The translations under genes and the position numbers were made by a program. This document shows, one piece after another, positions 1 through 9,911 of a DNA stretch of 64,000 bases. A model generated the notes under the pieces. The model worked only from the letters and a program-made list of their open reading frames with translations, had not been told where the DNA came from and did no database searches. Source of the stretch: Bacillota bacterium (GTDB taxonomy: Bacteria > Bacillota > Sulfobacillia > UBA995); the NCBI GenBank assembly GCA_035477115.1, contig DATIKW010000041.1, positions 1,781 through 65,780 of the forward strand, in the 5' to 3' direction. Position 1 is the first letter of the stretch. Every line of letters starts with the position of its first letter.

Positions 1-1353
1 GCTTATGGACCGCGGCTTCCAGGCTGAGCAGTCCCACCTCCCGGACATAGTGGCCGAGCACCCGGGCGAAGGTACCGTAAGACCGGGGATGGGGCTTGCC
101 CCAGGCCGGGTCGGGGGCCAGCGAACTGCCGTCCGAGCCGACCATGACCGCCGGATGGCGTATGACCAGCCGTACATCGTCCTCGGCCATGCCGAAGTGC
201 ACGACCTGCACCGTCCCTCCCTCGGCTCCCACCAGGTCGAGCACGACATCCACCGGGGCCGTCCCCGTCAACTCGGATATCTCCTGCACCGTGCGACCTT
301 CCCAGTCCCGGCGCCCCCGAACGCAGGCGAGGAGGATCAGCGACCAGTCGTCCGTCTCTCCCGCGTCGGCGACAGGCCTTCGGACTTCCTCCCGGATGCG
401 GGCGCGGGCGGCGGGATCCTGCAATCGCTCTTGCAGGGCCCGAGTTCCTCCCGCCCGCGCCCAGGCGGGCAGGTAGGCGGTGAGATCGGTGCTGCTGGCC
501 GTGTACGGGTACTGGTCCAGGGTCACATCCACCCCTTGCGACCGCGCTTCGTCCACCATGGCCAGCGTCCGCGACACTTTACCCCAGTTGGGCCGGCCGG
601 ACGCCTTGTGGTGGGCGATCTGGACCGGTCCCTTCCCCTGCCTCCCCACCGCTATCGCCTCGGCTACCGCCTGCTCGAGCGTATCCCCTTCGCCGCGGAT
701 GTGGCTGGCGTACAGCCGGCCCTGCCGGTAGGCGACGGCGGCAAGGTGCTCGAGTTCGGAGGGAGGGGCATAGCAGCCCGGGGCGTAGATCAGGCCGCTC
801 GACAGGCCCATCGCTCCCGCCTCCAGAGCCTCCTCGAGCATCCGGCCCATCCTGGCCAGCTCGAAGGGGGTGGCGGGCCGATCCGCCGAACCCATCACCG
901 CTTCCCGCAGAGTGCCGTGCCCCACATGGCAGCCGTAATTGACGGCGATGCCATGCTGCTCGATAGCGGCCAGGTATCGGTCCAAGCTGTGGAATCCCCA
1001 CGGGACGTCCTCCGGGCGGGGGTGTTCGGAGCGCGCCTGCGCCTCCATCTCCGGGTTCATGGGCGCGGCCGACCACCCGCAATTGCCCCCTACCTCGGTG
1101 GTGACGCCCTGCAGGAGCTTGCTCTGGGCCTGCGGAAACGAGAACAGGCTCAGGTCGGAATGGCCGTGGATGTCCATGAAACCGGGACACAGCACCCGGT
1201 CCGCGCCATCGATCGTGCGCCGAGCGGGATGACTCTTGCCGGGCCGGGCGACCAGCGCGATGCGGCCGGATTCTACGCCCACATCGGCGCGAAACCAGGG
1301 ATTGCCCGCGCCGTCCACCACCCGCGCTCCGGCGATCAGGAGATCGAGGGTCA
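1..1353 (-). CDS. D-aminoacylase (N-acyl-D-amino-acid deacylase), amidohydrolase superfamily. The C-terminus runs off the window start, so this frame is absent from the ORF track.
   Basis: Reverse-complement translation starting at ATG 1353-1351 reads MTLDLLIAGARVVDGAGNPWFRADVGVESGRIALVARPGKSHPARRTIDGADRVLCPGFMDIHGHSDLSLF...GLIYAPGCYA. The metal-binding HxH motif and the overall match to D-aminoacylase are clear. The long + ORF 5..1573 is its antisense and has junk composition. Confidence 0.8.
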
Positions 1354-1621
1354 TCGGGTATCCACCTCATCGAGGGATATCAGCTGCGGCCGGCGTTACC
1401 CCGATGGACTTCGTCCGAGCTTGCCGGATACCTGCCGGCGAAGGCGGCGGCAGCGGGCGGGCCAGTCTAGCGCGCGGACCTCAGCGGCCCGGGTACTTGC
1501 CGAACCCGTCCCCCGTGTGATAAATTGGACACGGTGCAGGAGACGGCCAACTAGCTGCGAATACTGTGAATAATCCGACCCGATGGTCGGTTCTCAAATC
1601 CCGGGCAAGGAGGTAGACAGC

Positions 1622-2500
1622 TTGATCCTGATTGGCGAGAACGTTCAGATCCTCGCCAAGGTGGTGTCCGAAGCTATCCAGAGTCGGGACGCCCGTCCGC
1701 TGCAGGAGTTGGCGGTCAAGCAGGCGGAGGCGGGCGTCCATTACTTGGATCTCAACATCGGCCCGGCCCGTAAGAACCCTGAGGAGACGATGGGCTGGCT
1801 GGTGGATAAGATCCAGGAAGTAGTGGACACCCCTTTGTGTCTCGACACCACCAACCCGGTGGCCATGGGGGCCGGGCTGGCCAGGTGCAAGCGGCGGGCG
1901 ATCATCAACTCGGCCAACGGCACCGCCGCCAGCCGGGAGAAGATGATGCCGCTGGCCCGGAAGTACGATGCCCACATCATCATCTCCGTGCTCAACGATG
2001 CCGGCATCCCTCATGACGCCGCCTCCCGAGCCGAGTCCATCCTCGAGACGGTCGAGTACGCCAACGGGCTCGGCATCCCCAACGATGACATCTGGGTGGA
2101 CCCGATCATGATGCCGGTGGCGGTCGCCCAGCCGCAAGCCGTCGAAGTGCTCGAGTTCCTGAAGCTCCTGCCCGATTTACTTCCCGAAACCAGGTCCACG
2201 GTCGGCCTGTCGAACCTGTCCAACGGAGTGCCGGTGCGCTTGCGTCCCTTCCTCAATCGGGTGATGCTGGTGATGGCGCAGCGGGCGGGTTTGACCTCGG
2301 CCATCGTCGACAGCTTCGACCACGACCTCATTCGGCTGGCCGGCGGCGAGCCGCGGCACCTGGTCGACCTCGTGCATCGGACCATGGACGGGGAGACCGT
2401 CGATATGGCATCGCTCTCCCCCGAGGCCCGGGACGTGTACAAGACGGCCCGAGTCCTGCTGGGCCATGAGTTGTTCTCACCCTCCTGGCTGGAATTATGA
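1622..2500 (+). CDS. acsE: Methyltetrahydrofolate:corrinoid/iron-sulfur protein methyltransferase (AcsE, pterin-binding)
   Basis: LILIGENVQ...LDLNIGP...CLDTTNP...INSANG...GLSNLS aligns along the whole length with Moorella AcsE (MeTr). The likely start is TTG at 1622, 7 nt after AAGGAGG. The tracked ORF begins earlier, at 1583. Confidence 0.85.
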   Translation: MILIGENVQILAKVVSEAIQSRDARPLQELAVKQAEAGVHYLDLNIGPARKNPEETMGWLVDKIQEVVDTPLCLDTTNPVAMGAGLARCKRRAIINSANGTAASREKMMPLARKYDAHIIISVLNDAGIPHDAASRAESILETVEYANGLGIPNDDIWVDPIMMPVAVAQPQAVEVLEFLKLLPDLLPETRSTVGLSNLSNGVPVRLRPFLNRVMLVMAQRAGLTSAIVDSFDHDLIRLAGGEPRHLVDLVHRTMDGETVDMASLSPEARDVYKTARVLLGHELFSPSWLEL

Positions 2501-2518
2501 CGAGAGGGATGGTGGCCG

Positions 2519-3406
2519 ATGCTTGAGGGTTTGCGGGAGGGTTACCCCGGGACGATCAATGCGGTCCGATTCGGCCGAGAGGAGAAAGGGCGCGAACTGG
2601 GCGGACACAACTCCCTTCCTTTCCACCACTTCGAGGCGGCGCGGCCCAACCGTCCCTGGCTCGCGCTGGAGGTGGTGGACGGCCGGCCGGAAGACTGGCC
2701 TGCTCCCGCCCTCGACCGGTACGGCGACGCCATTGCCTCGCCGGCCCGATGGGCGGCCAAGGCCGCCCGCGAGTATGGTCCGGACATGATCTTCCTCACG
2801 CTGAACAGCATCGAACAGGGAGCCGGCCCCGCCGAGATTGCCGCCCGAGTCGCCGCGACCGTCCAGGCGGTGGACATCCCCGTGGCGGTATACGGCTCGG
2901 GGGACAAGGACCGCGATGTGCCGGTCCTGACCGCCGTGGCCCAGGCCTGCCAGGGGACCGCCATCTTGCTGGGACCGGTGACCCGGGACGCCCACCGGGA
3001 AGTGGCGGAAGCGGCCCGGGACTGCGGGCACGCCGTCATCGCCCAGTCGCCGATGGATGTGAACCTGGCCAAGGATCTCAATATCCGCCTCACCAAACTC
3101 CTGCCCGCCGACCGCATCGTCATCGATCCCCTGACCTCCTCGCTGGGCTACGGACTCGAGTACTCTTACTCGACCATGGAGCGCATCCGCCTGGCGGCGA
3201 TCGTCCACGATGACCGGATGCTGCAGATGCCGATCATCGGCAGGGTGGGCAAAGAGGTATGGAAGACCAAGGAAGCCATTCAGGATGCGGCGAGGGGGGT
3301 ATGGTGGGAGGCTTTCACCGCCGCCACCTTACTGCTGGCCGGGGCGGACCTGGTCACCCTGCGCCACCCGGATAGCCTGGCCCTCGTTGAGACGACGCTG
3401 CACTAA
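2519..3406 (+). CDS. cdhD: Corrinoid iron-sulfur protein small subunit (ACDS delta / AcsD)
   Basis: Motifs LPFHHFE, IDPLTSSLGYGLEYSYSTMERIRL and WEAFTAATLLLAGADLV match AcsD/CdhD closely. Confidence 0.85.
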   Translation: MLEGLREGYPGTINAVRFGREEKGRELGGHNSLPFHHFEAARPNRPWLALEVVDGRPEDWPAPALDRYGDAIASPARWAAKAAREYGPDMIFLTLNSIEQGAGPAEIAARVAATVQAVDIPVAVYGSGDKDRDVPVLTAVAQACQGTAILLGPVTRDAHREVAEAARDCGHAVIAQSPMDVNLAKDLNIRLTKLLPADRIVIDPLTSSLGYGLEYSYSTMERIRLAAIVHDDRMLQMPIIGRVGKEVWKTKEAIQDAARGVWWEAFTAATLLLAGADLVTLRHPDSLALVETTLH

Positions 3407-3434
3407 CCTCGCGGTTGGGGAGGGAACGGGGTAG

Positions 3435-5750
3435 ATGACCGGAGGCAAGCTCAAAGACGAGTCCGTGCGGACGATAATCAGGGCGGAGGATGACTGGGAA
3501 CCGATCGGCCCCACGCCCATGCCGTCCGTCACCGACCTGAGGAACTGGGACTTACGCTTGCTGGATACCTACGAACCGTTTTACGCGCCGTTCTGCGACC
3601 TGTGTTGCCTCTGTACCTATGGCAAGTGCGACCTCACGGCCGACCGCAAGGGCGCGTGCGGCCTCAACATGGCCTCGCAACAGGCCAGGATGATCTTGCT
3701 GAAGTGCCTCATGGGCACCGCCGCCCACGGCGCCCACGCCCGCCACATGATCGACTTCCTGATCGAGAAACACGGACCTGAGCACCCCATCGACCTGGGC
3801 GGCCAGGTGAACGTGGAGTCGCCCATCATCCGCACCGTCCTCGGCCTGAAGCCCCGGACCCTGGCCGACCTGCGCAAGGCGGTCGAGTACGTGGAGGGCG
3901 AAGTCATCCACCTCCTTTCGGCCACCCACACCGGCCAGGAGGGCGACCACCGGGACTTCGAGTCCAAGGCGTTCCACGCGGGGATGATCGACCACGTGGC
4001 CCTGGAAGCGGCCGACATCGCCCAGATCGTCGGTTTCGGCTATCCGACCTCGGTGGCCGACACGCCGCTGGTGGAAATCGGTTGGGGCGCCATCGACAAG
4101 ACCAAGCCGGTGATCGTGGTCATCGGCCATAACGCCATCACCAGCAACGCCATCGTCGACTACCTGAAGGAGAAGGGGCTTTACGACCAGGTCGAGGTCG
4201 CCGGCATCTGCTGCACCGCCCTCGACGTCACCCGGTACGCCTCTTTCGCCAAAGTAGTCGGGCCCCTTTCCCAGCAGCGCTTCTTCCTCAAGACGGGGAT
4301 TGCCGATGTCATCGTCACCGACGAGCAATGCGTGCTGACGGACATCCCCGAGCTGGCCAAGCAGACCGGGTCAGCCCTGATCGCCTGCTCCGACAAGATC
4401 TGTTACGGCCTTCCCAACTGCTCCGAGGAGGAGACCGAGGCGGTGTTGGCCCGGGTCCTCGAGCAAGGCGAAGGCGTGTTGTTGCTGGAACCGAAGAAGG
4501 CCGCGGAGGTGGCGGTGAAGGCCGCGCTGGCCCTGGCTCCCCGCCGCGACAAGTCGCTGCTGACGGCGGAGGAAGCCGCCAAGCTCGCCGCCAAGTGCCG
4601 GGGCGCTTGCGAGATGTGCAATCAAGTCTGCCCCAACTTGCTTACGGTGAGCGCCGCCGTGAACGCCATGCGCCAGGGCGACGCGGGGCCCATCGGTGCG
4701 CTGTTCCTGCGCTGCATCGGTTGCGGCGCCTGCGAGCAGGCTTGTCCCCATCATATACCCGTGCAACGGCTGATGCAGGCCGGTGCGGTCCAGGAGAAGT
4801 ACAAGCTGCGCAGCGGCCGCGGCCCCATCCATGACGTGGAGATCCGCAAAGTCGGTTCGCCCATCGTCCTCGGCACGATCCCCGGAGTGGTCCTGTTTGC
4901 CGGCTGCTCCAACTTCCCCGAGGACATCGACGATGTCGCCTGGCTCGCCGAAGAGCTGGCCCGCCGCAAGTACATCGTGACCCTGTCGGGATGTTCGGCC
5001 ATGGCCGCCGCCATGCACAAGGACGCCGAAGGCAAGACCATCTACGAGAAGTACACCCCCGAGTTCGATGCCGGCTGCATCGTGAACGTCGGCTCGTGCG
5101 TGGCCAACGCCCACGTCGTGGGGGCGGCGATCAAGATCGCCAACATCTTCGCCTGCCTGCCCAACCGGGCCAACTTCGAGTTGATGGCGGATTACATCCT
5201 GAACCGTGTGGGCGCCTGCGGCGTGGTATGGGGGCCGTACTCCCAGAAAGCCCTGACCATCGGCACCGGCGCCGTGCGCTGGGGCATCCCCGTAGTGCTC
5301 GGGCCCCATGGCTCGAAGTACAGCCGCCTGTTCATGAGCAAGAAAGAACACGGCGACTGGCGGGTGATGGACGGCCGTACCCAGCAGCTCGTCGACACGG
5401 CCGAACCGACCCCCGAACACATGATGATCGCGGTCGAGAGCAAGGAGCGCGCGCTCATGACCATCATCAAGCAGTGTTTCCGCCGCAACGACACCCCGCC
5501 GGGCCGGGCGATCAAGCTCAACAGCTACATCTCCGTCGCCAAGCAGGTCTTGAACAGCCTGCCCGACGACCTGCAGAACTTCGTGCGCACGGAACGGGAC
5601 ATCCCCATCGTCTACAAGCGGGAGGTCCTCGCTTATCTCAAGGAGGTGGGCTGGCAGCCCAAGCCGACGCTGTCGCTGCCCACGGTCATCGGCACTTACC
5701 AGACCCGGGTTCCCATCGAGGCCACCATCAAGGAACTCCCGAAGAAGTAG
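3435..5750 (+). CDS. cdhA: CO dehydrogenase catalytic subunit of the archaeal type (ACDS alpha, CdhA), with an inserted 2x[4Fe-4S] ferredoxin domain
   Basis: The N-terminal Cys cluster reads CDLCCLCTYGKCDL...GACG, as in CooS/CdhA. An internal CRGACEMCNQVCP...CIGCGACEQACP ferredoxin insertion and the 771-aa length are typical of archaeal CdhA, not bacterial CooS/AcsA. The RBS is GGGGAGGG. Confidence 0.85.
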   Translation: MTGGKLKDESVRTIIRAEDDWEPIGPTPMPSVTDLRNWDLRLLDTYEPFYAPFCDLCCLCTYGKCDLTADRKGACGLNMASQQARMILLKCLMGTAAHGAHARHMIDFLIEKHGPEHPIDLGGQVNVESPIIRTVLGLKPRTLADLRKAVEYVEGEVIHLLSATHTGQEGDHRDFESKAFHAGMIDHVALEAADIAQIVGFGYPTSVADTPLVEIGWGAIDKTKPVIVVIGHNAITSNAIVDYLKEKGLYDQVEVAGICCTALDVTRYASFAKVVGPLSQQRFFLKTGIADVIVTDEQCVLTDIPELAKQTGSALIACSDKICYGLPNCSEEETEAVLARVLEQGEGVLLLEPKKAAEVAVKAALALAPRRDKSLLTAEEAAKLAAKCRGACEMCNQVCPNLLTVSAAVNAMRQGDAGPIGALFLRCIGCGACEQACPHHIPVQRLMQAGAVQEKYKLRSGRGPIHDVEIRKVGSPIVLGTIPGVVLFAGCSNFPEDIDDVAWLAEELARRKYIVTLSGCSAMAAAMHKDAEGKTIYEKYTPEFDAGCIVNVGSCVANAHVVGAAIKIANIFACLPNRANFELMADYILNRVGACGVVWGPYSQKALTIGTGAVRWGIPVVLGPHGSKYSRLFMSKKEHGDWRVMDGRTQQLVDTAEPTPEHMMIAVESKERALMTIIKQCFRRNDTPPGRAIKLNSYISVAKQVLNSLPDDLQNFVRTERDIPIVYKREVLAYLKEVGWQPKPTLSLPTVIGTYQTRVPIEATIKELPKK

Positions 5751-5761
5751 GAGGGAAGGCC

Positions 5762-6313
5762 ATGGCTGCGGAAGTACTGACTACCCCGTATTACCGGGTC
5801 AACGTGCTGACCGGCACCCGGGCCGCCCGGGTGGTCGACGACCCGGCGGAAGCCGCCAAGATCATCGCCGGAGCCAAGAACCCGCTGTACGTGTTGGGAC
5901 CGGATGCGGTGCGCCTTTCAGCCGGCGACAAGCTGCTGATCGATTACGCCCTGGACATCGCCGCCTCCCGGGATATACCCATCTGCGCCACCGCCCATGT
6001 CAAGCGGAAACTGGTGGAGTACGGCAAGAAGGCCGACTCCACCTATGACATCATCGAGATCGTGCATTTCTTGAAGATGCCGGAGTGGAAGGGAGTGCGC
6101 GGCCAGGGGCAACATGACCTCGTGCTGTTCTCGGGCGTACGCTGCGACCTCGCCGAGCGCGGCCTGTCCACGCTGAAGCACTTCGCGCCGCACCTACGCA
6201 CCTTCGCCATATGCCGGCGGGGCCATCCCAATGCCGACTACACCGTGCCGGTGACCGCGCGCGGCGACCGCTGGATCGAGTACCTTCAGGGGTTGGTGGC
6301 GGCGCTCGGTTGA
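5762..6313 (+). CDS. cdhB: ACDS epsilon subunit (CdhB)
   Basis: A 183-aa ORF begins with ATG 5762 after AGGAGGGAAGG and directly follows cdhA. Size and position match CdhB. The longer tracked ORF 4991..6313 overlaps cdhA out of frame. Confidence 0.7.
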   Translation: MAAEVLTTPYYRVNVLTGTRAARVVDDPAEAAKIIAGAKNPLYVLGPDAVRLSAGDKLLIDYALDIAASRDIPICATAHVKRKLVEYGKKADSTYDIIEIVHFLKMPEWKGVRGQGQHDLVLFSGVRCDLAERGLSTLKHFAPHLRTFAICRRGHPNADYTVPVTARGDRWIEYLQGLVAALG

Positions 6314-6345
6314 CCATGGGGCAGGGACTATAGAGGAGGATAGCC

Positions 6346-7533
6346 ATGTACGTCGTGGATGTAGGCCCGCAGTACGAAGGGGAGCGCATTCGCCGGGGCG
6401 AGTATCACGTCGAGTTCGGCGGCCCCGAGGTCCCGCGCAAGGGAGAACTGGTCACCGTCCGCCCGGCGGCGGAGGTCGAGCACGATCGGATCACCGTGAC
6501 CGGGCCGGACCTCAAGGACATGCCGCCCGACTCCGCCCAGCCGCTGTTCATCAAGATCGACGTGGCAGGGGAGCAGCTGGACAAGGATCTGGAAGCGGTG
6601 GTCGAGCGCCGCATCCATCAGTACATCAACTACATCGAAGGCGCTTTCCATATGGGGCAGCGCAACGAGGTCTGGATTCGGATCCACAAGAACTCGGTGA
6701 AGAAGGGCCTCGACTCGCTCGCCCACATCGGCCGCATCTTGATCGACCTCTTCACGGCGGAACTGCCGGTCATCGAGAAGATGTCGGTCGAGTTCTACAC
6801 CGAGCCGGCGAAGGTCAAGAGCCTGGTGGAAAGCGCCATGAAGGTATACCGGGAGCGGGACGAGAAGGTCCTCGGCTTGAAGGAGGAGGACGTTGACGAG
6901 TTCTACGGTTGCGTCCTCTGCCAGAGCTTCGCGCCCACCCATGTCTGCATCATCACCCCCGAGCGCGTGTCGCTGTGCGGTGCCATCAACTGGTTCGACG
7001 GCCGGGCGGCCACCAAGGTCGACCCGGAAGGAGCCCAGTTCGTGGTGCCCAAGGGCCGGCTCATCGACGAACAAAACGTCAGCTACGATGCGGTCAACGA
7101 GATCGTGGCCGCCAGGTCGATGGGGGAGAGCACGGTGTTCAGCCTGCATAGCGCGCTCGAGAACCCCCACACTTCCTGCGGTTGCTTCGAGGCGATCGTC
7201 TTCTACATCCCCGAGGTCGACGGCTTCGGCATCGTCAACCGCGACTTCGTCGGGCCCACCGTGATCGGCGAGCCCTTCTCCTCGCTCGCCGGGCTGGCCA
7301 GCGGCGGCAAGCAAAACGCCGGTTACCTCGGGATGGGGGTCCAGTACCTCAAGTCGCCCAAGTTCCTCAAAGGTGACGGGGGCTATAACCGCGTGGCCTG
7401 GCTGACCTCCTCGCTGAAGGAAGTGGCCAAGGAAGTAGCGCCGGCGGGCGTCGTCGACGCCATCGCCACCGAGAAGGACGTTCAAAACGTCGAGGACCTG
7501 GTCGGGTTCCGCCAGCGAGCGGGCCGGCTGTAA
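6346..7533 (+). CDS. cdhC: Acetyl-CoA synthase subunit (ACDS beta, CdhC), A-cluster
   Basis: The SCGCFE Cys-Gly-Cys A-cluster motif and the VLCQSFAPTHVCIITPER region are present. The 395-aa length is the archaeal-type short beta. The RBS is GAGGAGG. Confidence 0.85.
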   Translation: MYVVDVGPQYEGERIRRGEYHVEFGGPEVPRKGELVTVRPAAEVEHDRITVTGPDLKDMPPDSAQPLFIKIDVAGEQLDKDLEAVVERRIHQYINYIEGAFHMGQRNEVWIRIHKNSVKKGLDSLAHIGRILIDLFTAELPVIEKMSVEFYTEPAKVKSLVESAMKVYRERDEKVLGLKEEDVDEFYGCVLCQSFAPTHVCIITPERVSLCGAINWFDGRAATKVDPEGAQFVVPKGRLIDEQNVSYDAVNEIVAARSMGESTVFSLHSALENPHTSCGCFEAIVFYIPEVDGFGIVNRDFVGPTVIGEPFSSLAGLASGGKQNAGYLGMGVQYLKSPKFLKGDGGYNRVAWLTSSLKEVAKEVAPAGVVDAIATEKDVQNVEDLVGFRQRAGRL

Positions 7534-7556
7534 TCTGAATCCGGGAGGAGAAGCCG

Positions 7557-8912
7557 ATGGCCCTCAAGGCCGCGGACATTCAGAAGCGGCTCCCCGATGG
7601 CGGCAAGAAGAACTGCAAGGAGTGCGGCTTGGCCAATTGCTTCGCCTTCGCCATGAAACTCGCTTCCGGCGCGGTAGGCCTTGACCGCTGTCCGCACCTC
7701 GACCCGGCCACCCGGGCCGAGCTGGAAGAGGCGATGCTGCCGCCCATACGCCGGATTACCATCGGTCAGGGGGACCGCCAGGTGGTGATCGGCGAGGAAG
7801 AAGTGCTCCACCGGCACCAGAAGACCTTCCTGCGAGCGCCCGGCATGGGCTTGCTGCTAAGCGACACGGAGCCGGCCGAGCGGCGGGCCGCGAAGCTCGA
7901 GTGCCTGAGCCAGTGGCAGTTTGAGCGGCTGGCCCGCGTCTCGCATTTCGATCTGGCCGCCCTGGCCTGTGCCAGCGGCAATCGCGACGAGTACCTGCGG
8001 CTGGTCCGGGAAGTGCTCGATCGGACCGGCGCTGGCATCATCCTCCTCGCCGACGACCCCGGCATCTTGCTCGCCGCCTACGAGGCGAGCAAGGCGCGCC
8101 GGCCCGTGGTATGTGTCACCGCCGCCAACGCCGACCGGGTGTTGCCGGGGCTGGCCCGCGACACGGTGGTGTGCGTCCGCGCTCCTGACGTCGAGGCGCT
8201 CGCCGCCCTGTCCGCACGGGTGCAGGCGGCCGGTTTTGCGGACCTGCTATTGGGGACGGAGGCCGGGAGCCTGGCGGACCTGGTCCGGGACCAGACGCTC
8301 ATCCGGCGGGCCGCCCTCGTGAAGAAGCACCGCCCGCTGGGCTATCCCACCGTCGTGTTCCCGAGTGCTTGCGGCAACACGTCGCCCGTGGTCTTGGCGG
8401 CGGCCATCCCGAAGTATGCCGGGGTGATCATCCTGGACGAGGTGGACGCGGCCAGGTTCCAGGCCTTCTTGACCCTACGCCAGGACATATACACCGACCC
8501 GCGGGTGCCGCCCACGGTGGAGAGCAAGATCTACGAGTTCAACCGGCCGGGAAGGGATGCCAGCATCCTGGTGACCACCAACTTCGCCCTGACCTACTAC
8601 GCGGTGGCGGGCGAGGTGGAGAATAGCCGGCAAGCTGCTTACCTGATGGTGCTGGACACCGGTGGGCTGTGCGTGCTCGCCTCGTGGTCGGCGGGCAAGC
8701 TGAGTTCCGAGTCAATTGCGGAGATGGTGCGCAAGCACGACGTGGCCTCCCGCATCGACCACCTGCAAATGGTGATTCCGGGCCTGGTCGCGCGGCTGAA
8801 GGGCGAAATTGAGGATGAATTGCCGGGCTGGCAGGTCGTGGTGGGGCCCCGCGAGGCGGCCGAGATCCCCGGCTTCCTGCCCGAACTCATCCGGAAACGA
8901 CACGCCAACTGA
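7557..8912 (+). CDS. cdhE: Corrinoid iron-sulfur protein large subunit (ACDS gamma, CdhE/AcsC)
   Basis: The N-terminus has a 4Fe-4S Cys motif, CKECGLANCFAFAMKLASG...C, followed by the TIM-barrel and corrinoid-binding region. The 451-aa length matches AcsC/CdhE. Confidence 0.85.
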   Translation: MALKAADIQKRLPDGGKKNCKECGLANCFAFAMKLASGAVGLDRCPHLDPATRAELEEAMLPPIRRITIGQGDRQVVIGEEEVLHRHQKTFLRAPGMGLLLSDTEPAERRAAKLECLSQWQFERLARVSHFDLAALACASGNRDEYLRLVREVLDRTGAGIILLADDPGILLAAYEASKARRPVVCVTAANADRVLPGLARDTVVCVRAPDVEALAALSARVQAAGFADLLLGTEAGSLADLVRDQTLIRRAALVKKHRPLGYPTVVFPSACGNTSPVVLAAAIPKYAGVIILDEVDAARFQAFLTLRQDIYTDPRVPPTVESKIYEFNRPGRDASILVTTNFALTYYAVAGEVENSRQAAYLMVLDTGGLCVLASWSAGKLSSESIAEMVRKHDVASRIDHLQMVIPGLVARLKGEIEDELPGWQVVVGPREAAEIPGFLPELIRKRHAN

Positions 8913-8950
8913 GAAGGCGCTCCTCGCCGGATCAATGAGCAGATAGGGAA

Positions 8951-8974
8951 AGAGGCCGGGGCAACCCGGCCTCT
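8951..8974 (+). terminator. Stem-loop closing the acsE-cdh operon (AGAGGCCGGG-GCAA-CCCGGCCTCT)
   Basis: A perfect 10-bp GC-rich stem with a 4-nt loop lies 39 nt after the cdhE stop. There is no T-tract, which is common in high-GC genomes. Confidence 0.5.
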
Positions 8975-8989
8975 CGCGTTGCAGGCCCT

Positions 8990-9110
8990 CATGCCCCATG
9001 GGGCACCACGGGGCACGAAAACGGCGGGGCACCGGGGTGGCGGGGCGGCGGGAGACCGCACTGGGGGACGTACGGGCATTGGGATATAGAGGCGGGTTCC
9101 GAACCCTACG
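8990..9110 (+). repeat. Composite REP-like element, copy A. Module 1 is CATGCCCCATGGGGCACCACGGGGCACGAAAACGGC; module 2 is a degenerate palindrome.
   Basis: It is near-identical to 38433-38552. It also shares module 1 with 25802-25840, 40086-40133 (reverse orientation) and 45097-45131. Confidence 0.7.
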
Positions 9111-9353
9111 CATTACCCATGGTTCCGCCACCAACAGGAAGTAAGCACATTTGGGGCTGAGAGGACGCCTGGCGGGGGCCGGCATTGGATGTTGTTGCCA
9201 ACGTCCTTTGGCGGCTTTTGGGAGAGATTTAGTCACACTCACCCGAAGGAAGGTTCACGCGCATGCGGCCAGGCATCCTCCTGACCGCCATCTCATCATC
9301 ACCCCAAGAGGAGGTGATTGCCAAGGGCTGACGAAACCGAATGAGGCCCGGGT

Positions 9354-9448
9354 GGGGAATTGCGTGAACGTCCCCCTCGGGAATTACATGATTGTGACCG
9401 TGGGGAATTGCGTGGTTGACCCATGGGGAATCACCTGAACGGCGACAA
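9354..9448 (+). repeat. Four tandem ~24-bp direct repeats (GGGGAATTGCGTGAACG.. / GGGAATTACATGATTG.. / GGGGAATTGCGTGGTTG.. / GGGGAATCACCTGAACG..)
   Basis: GGGAATTGCGTG occurs twice exactly. The units sit on a 23-25 bp period just upstream of the DUF2283 gene, in a lower-GC islet. Confidence 0.6.
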
Positions 9449-9515
9449 ACCCGAGTGAACGTCACTGGGTCATCACGGCATACATTGCCAGAAGACTGGC
9501 AGAAGGAGAGGCCGA

Positions 9516-9761
9516 ATGGAAACGAAGCTGAGCTTCCGGTATGACCGCGAAGCCGACATCCTTCACATCGACAAGCGCCCACCTTATGCGGCTCAAGAGT
9601 CCGAGGAGCTTGGCGATGAGGTCATCGCGCGAATGAACCCGAGCACGGACGAGGTCGAGAATCTCGAAGTACTATTCTTCTCAACACGCCTGCTGAGGAA
9701 CGAACTCTTCGAGCTTCCAGTGATAGCCGACCTGCGACTCTCCCGGAAGCGGGGCGCTTGA
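9516..9761 (+). CDS. DUF2283-family small protein (often the antitoxin-like partner of DUF4258)
   Basis: METKLSFRYDREADILHIDKRPPY... fits the DUF2283 N-terminal consensus (xxYDxEADaLyI). The local GC is lower than the surroundings. Confidence 0.55.
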   Translation: METKLSFRYDREADILHIDKRPPYAAQESEELGDEVIARMNPSTDEVENLEVLFFSTRLLRNELFELPVIADLRLSRKRGA

Positions 9762-9911
9762 CGAGGGAAGCCCGAACGGTGACCGGTAGCGGTATGCGGT
9801 AAAGCGTTGAACCTGTCGCTGCAGAAAGAAATCATGTAAGCGGCTGGGCCGGCTAGCACGTCGTGTGGCCGACCGCTTCGCTGGCGGCTCGCGGTGCCGC
9901 ATCAACGATAG

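Noticed and set aside
5-1573. 522-aa + strand ORF at the window start
   Set aside because: It is the antisense of the D-aminoacylase gene. Its composition is low-complexity (Arg/Gly/Pro-rich), whereas the minus-strand frame gives a clean amidohydrolase match.
6328-7485. 385-aa minus-strand ORF
   Set aside because: It is the antisense of cdhC.
9229-9582. 117-aa minus-strand ORF with AIPHG/VIPEG repeats
   Set aside because: Its periodicity just mirrors the 24-bp DNA tandem repeats. It is not a real repeat protein.
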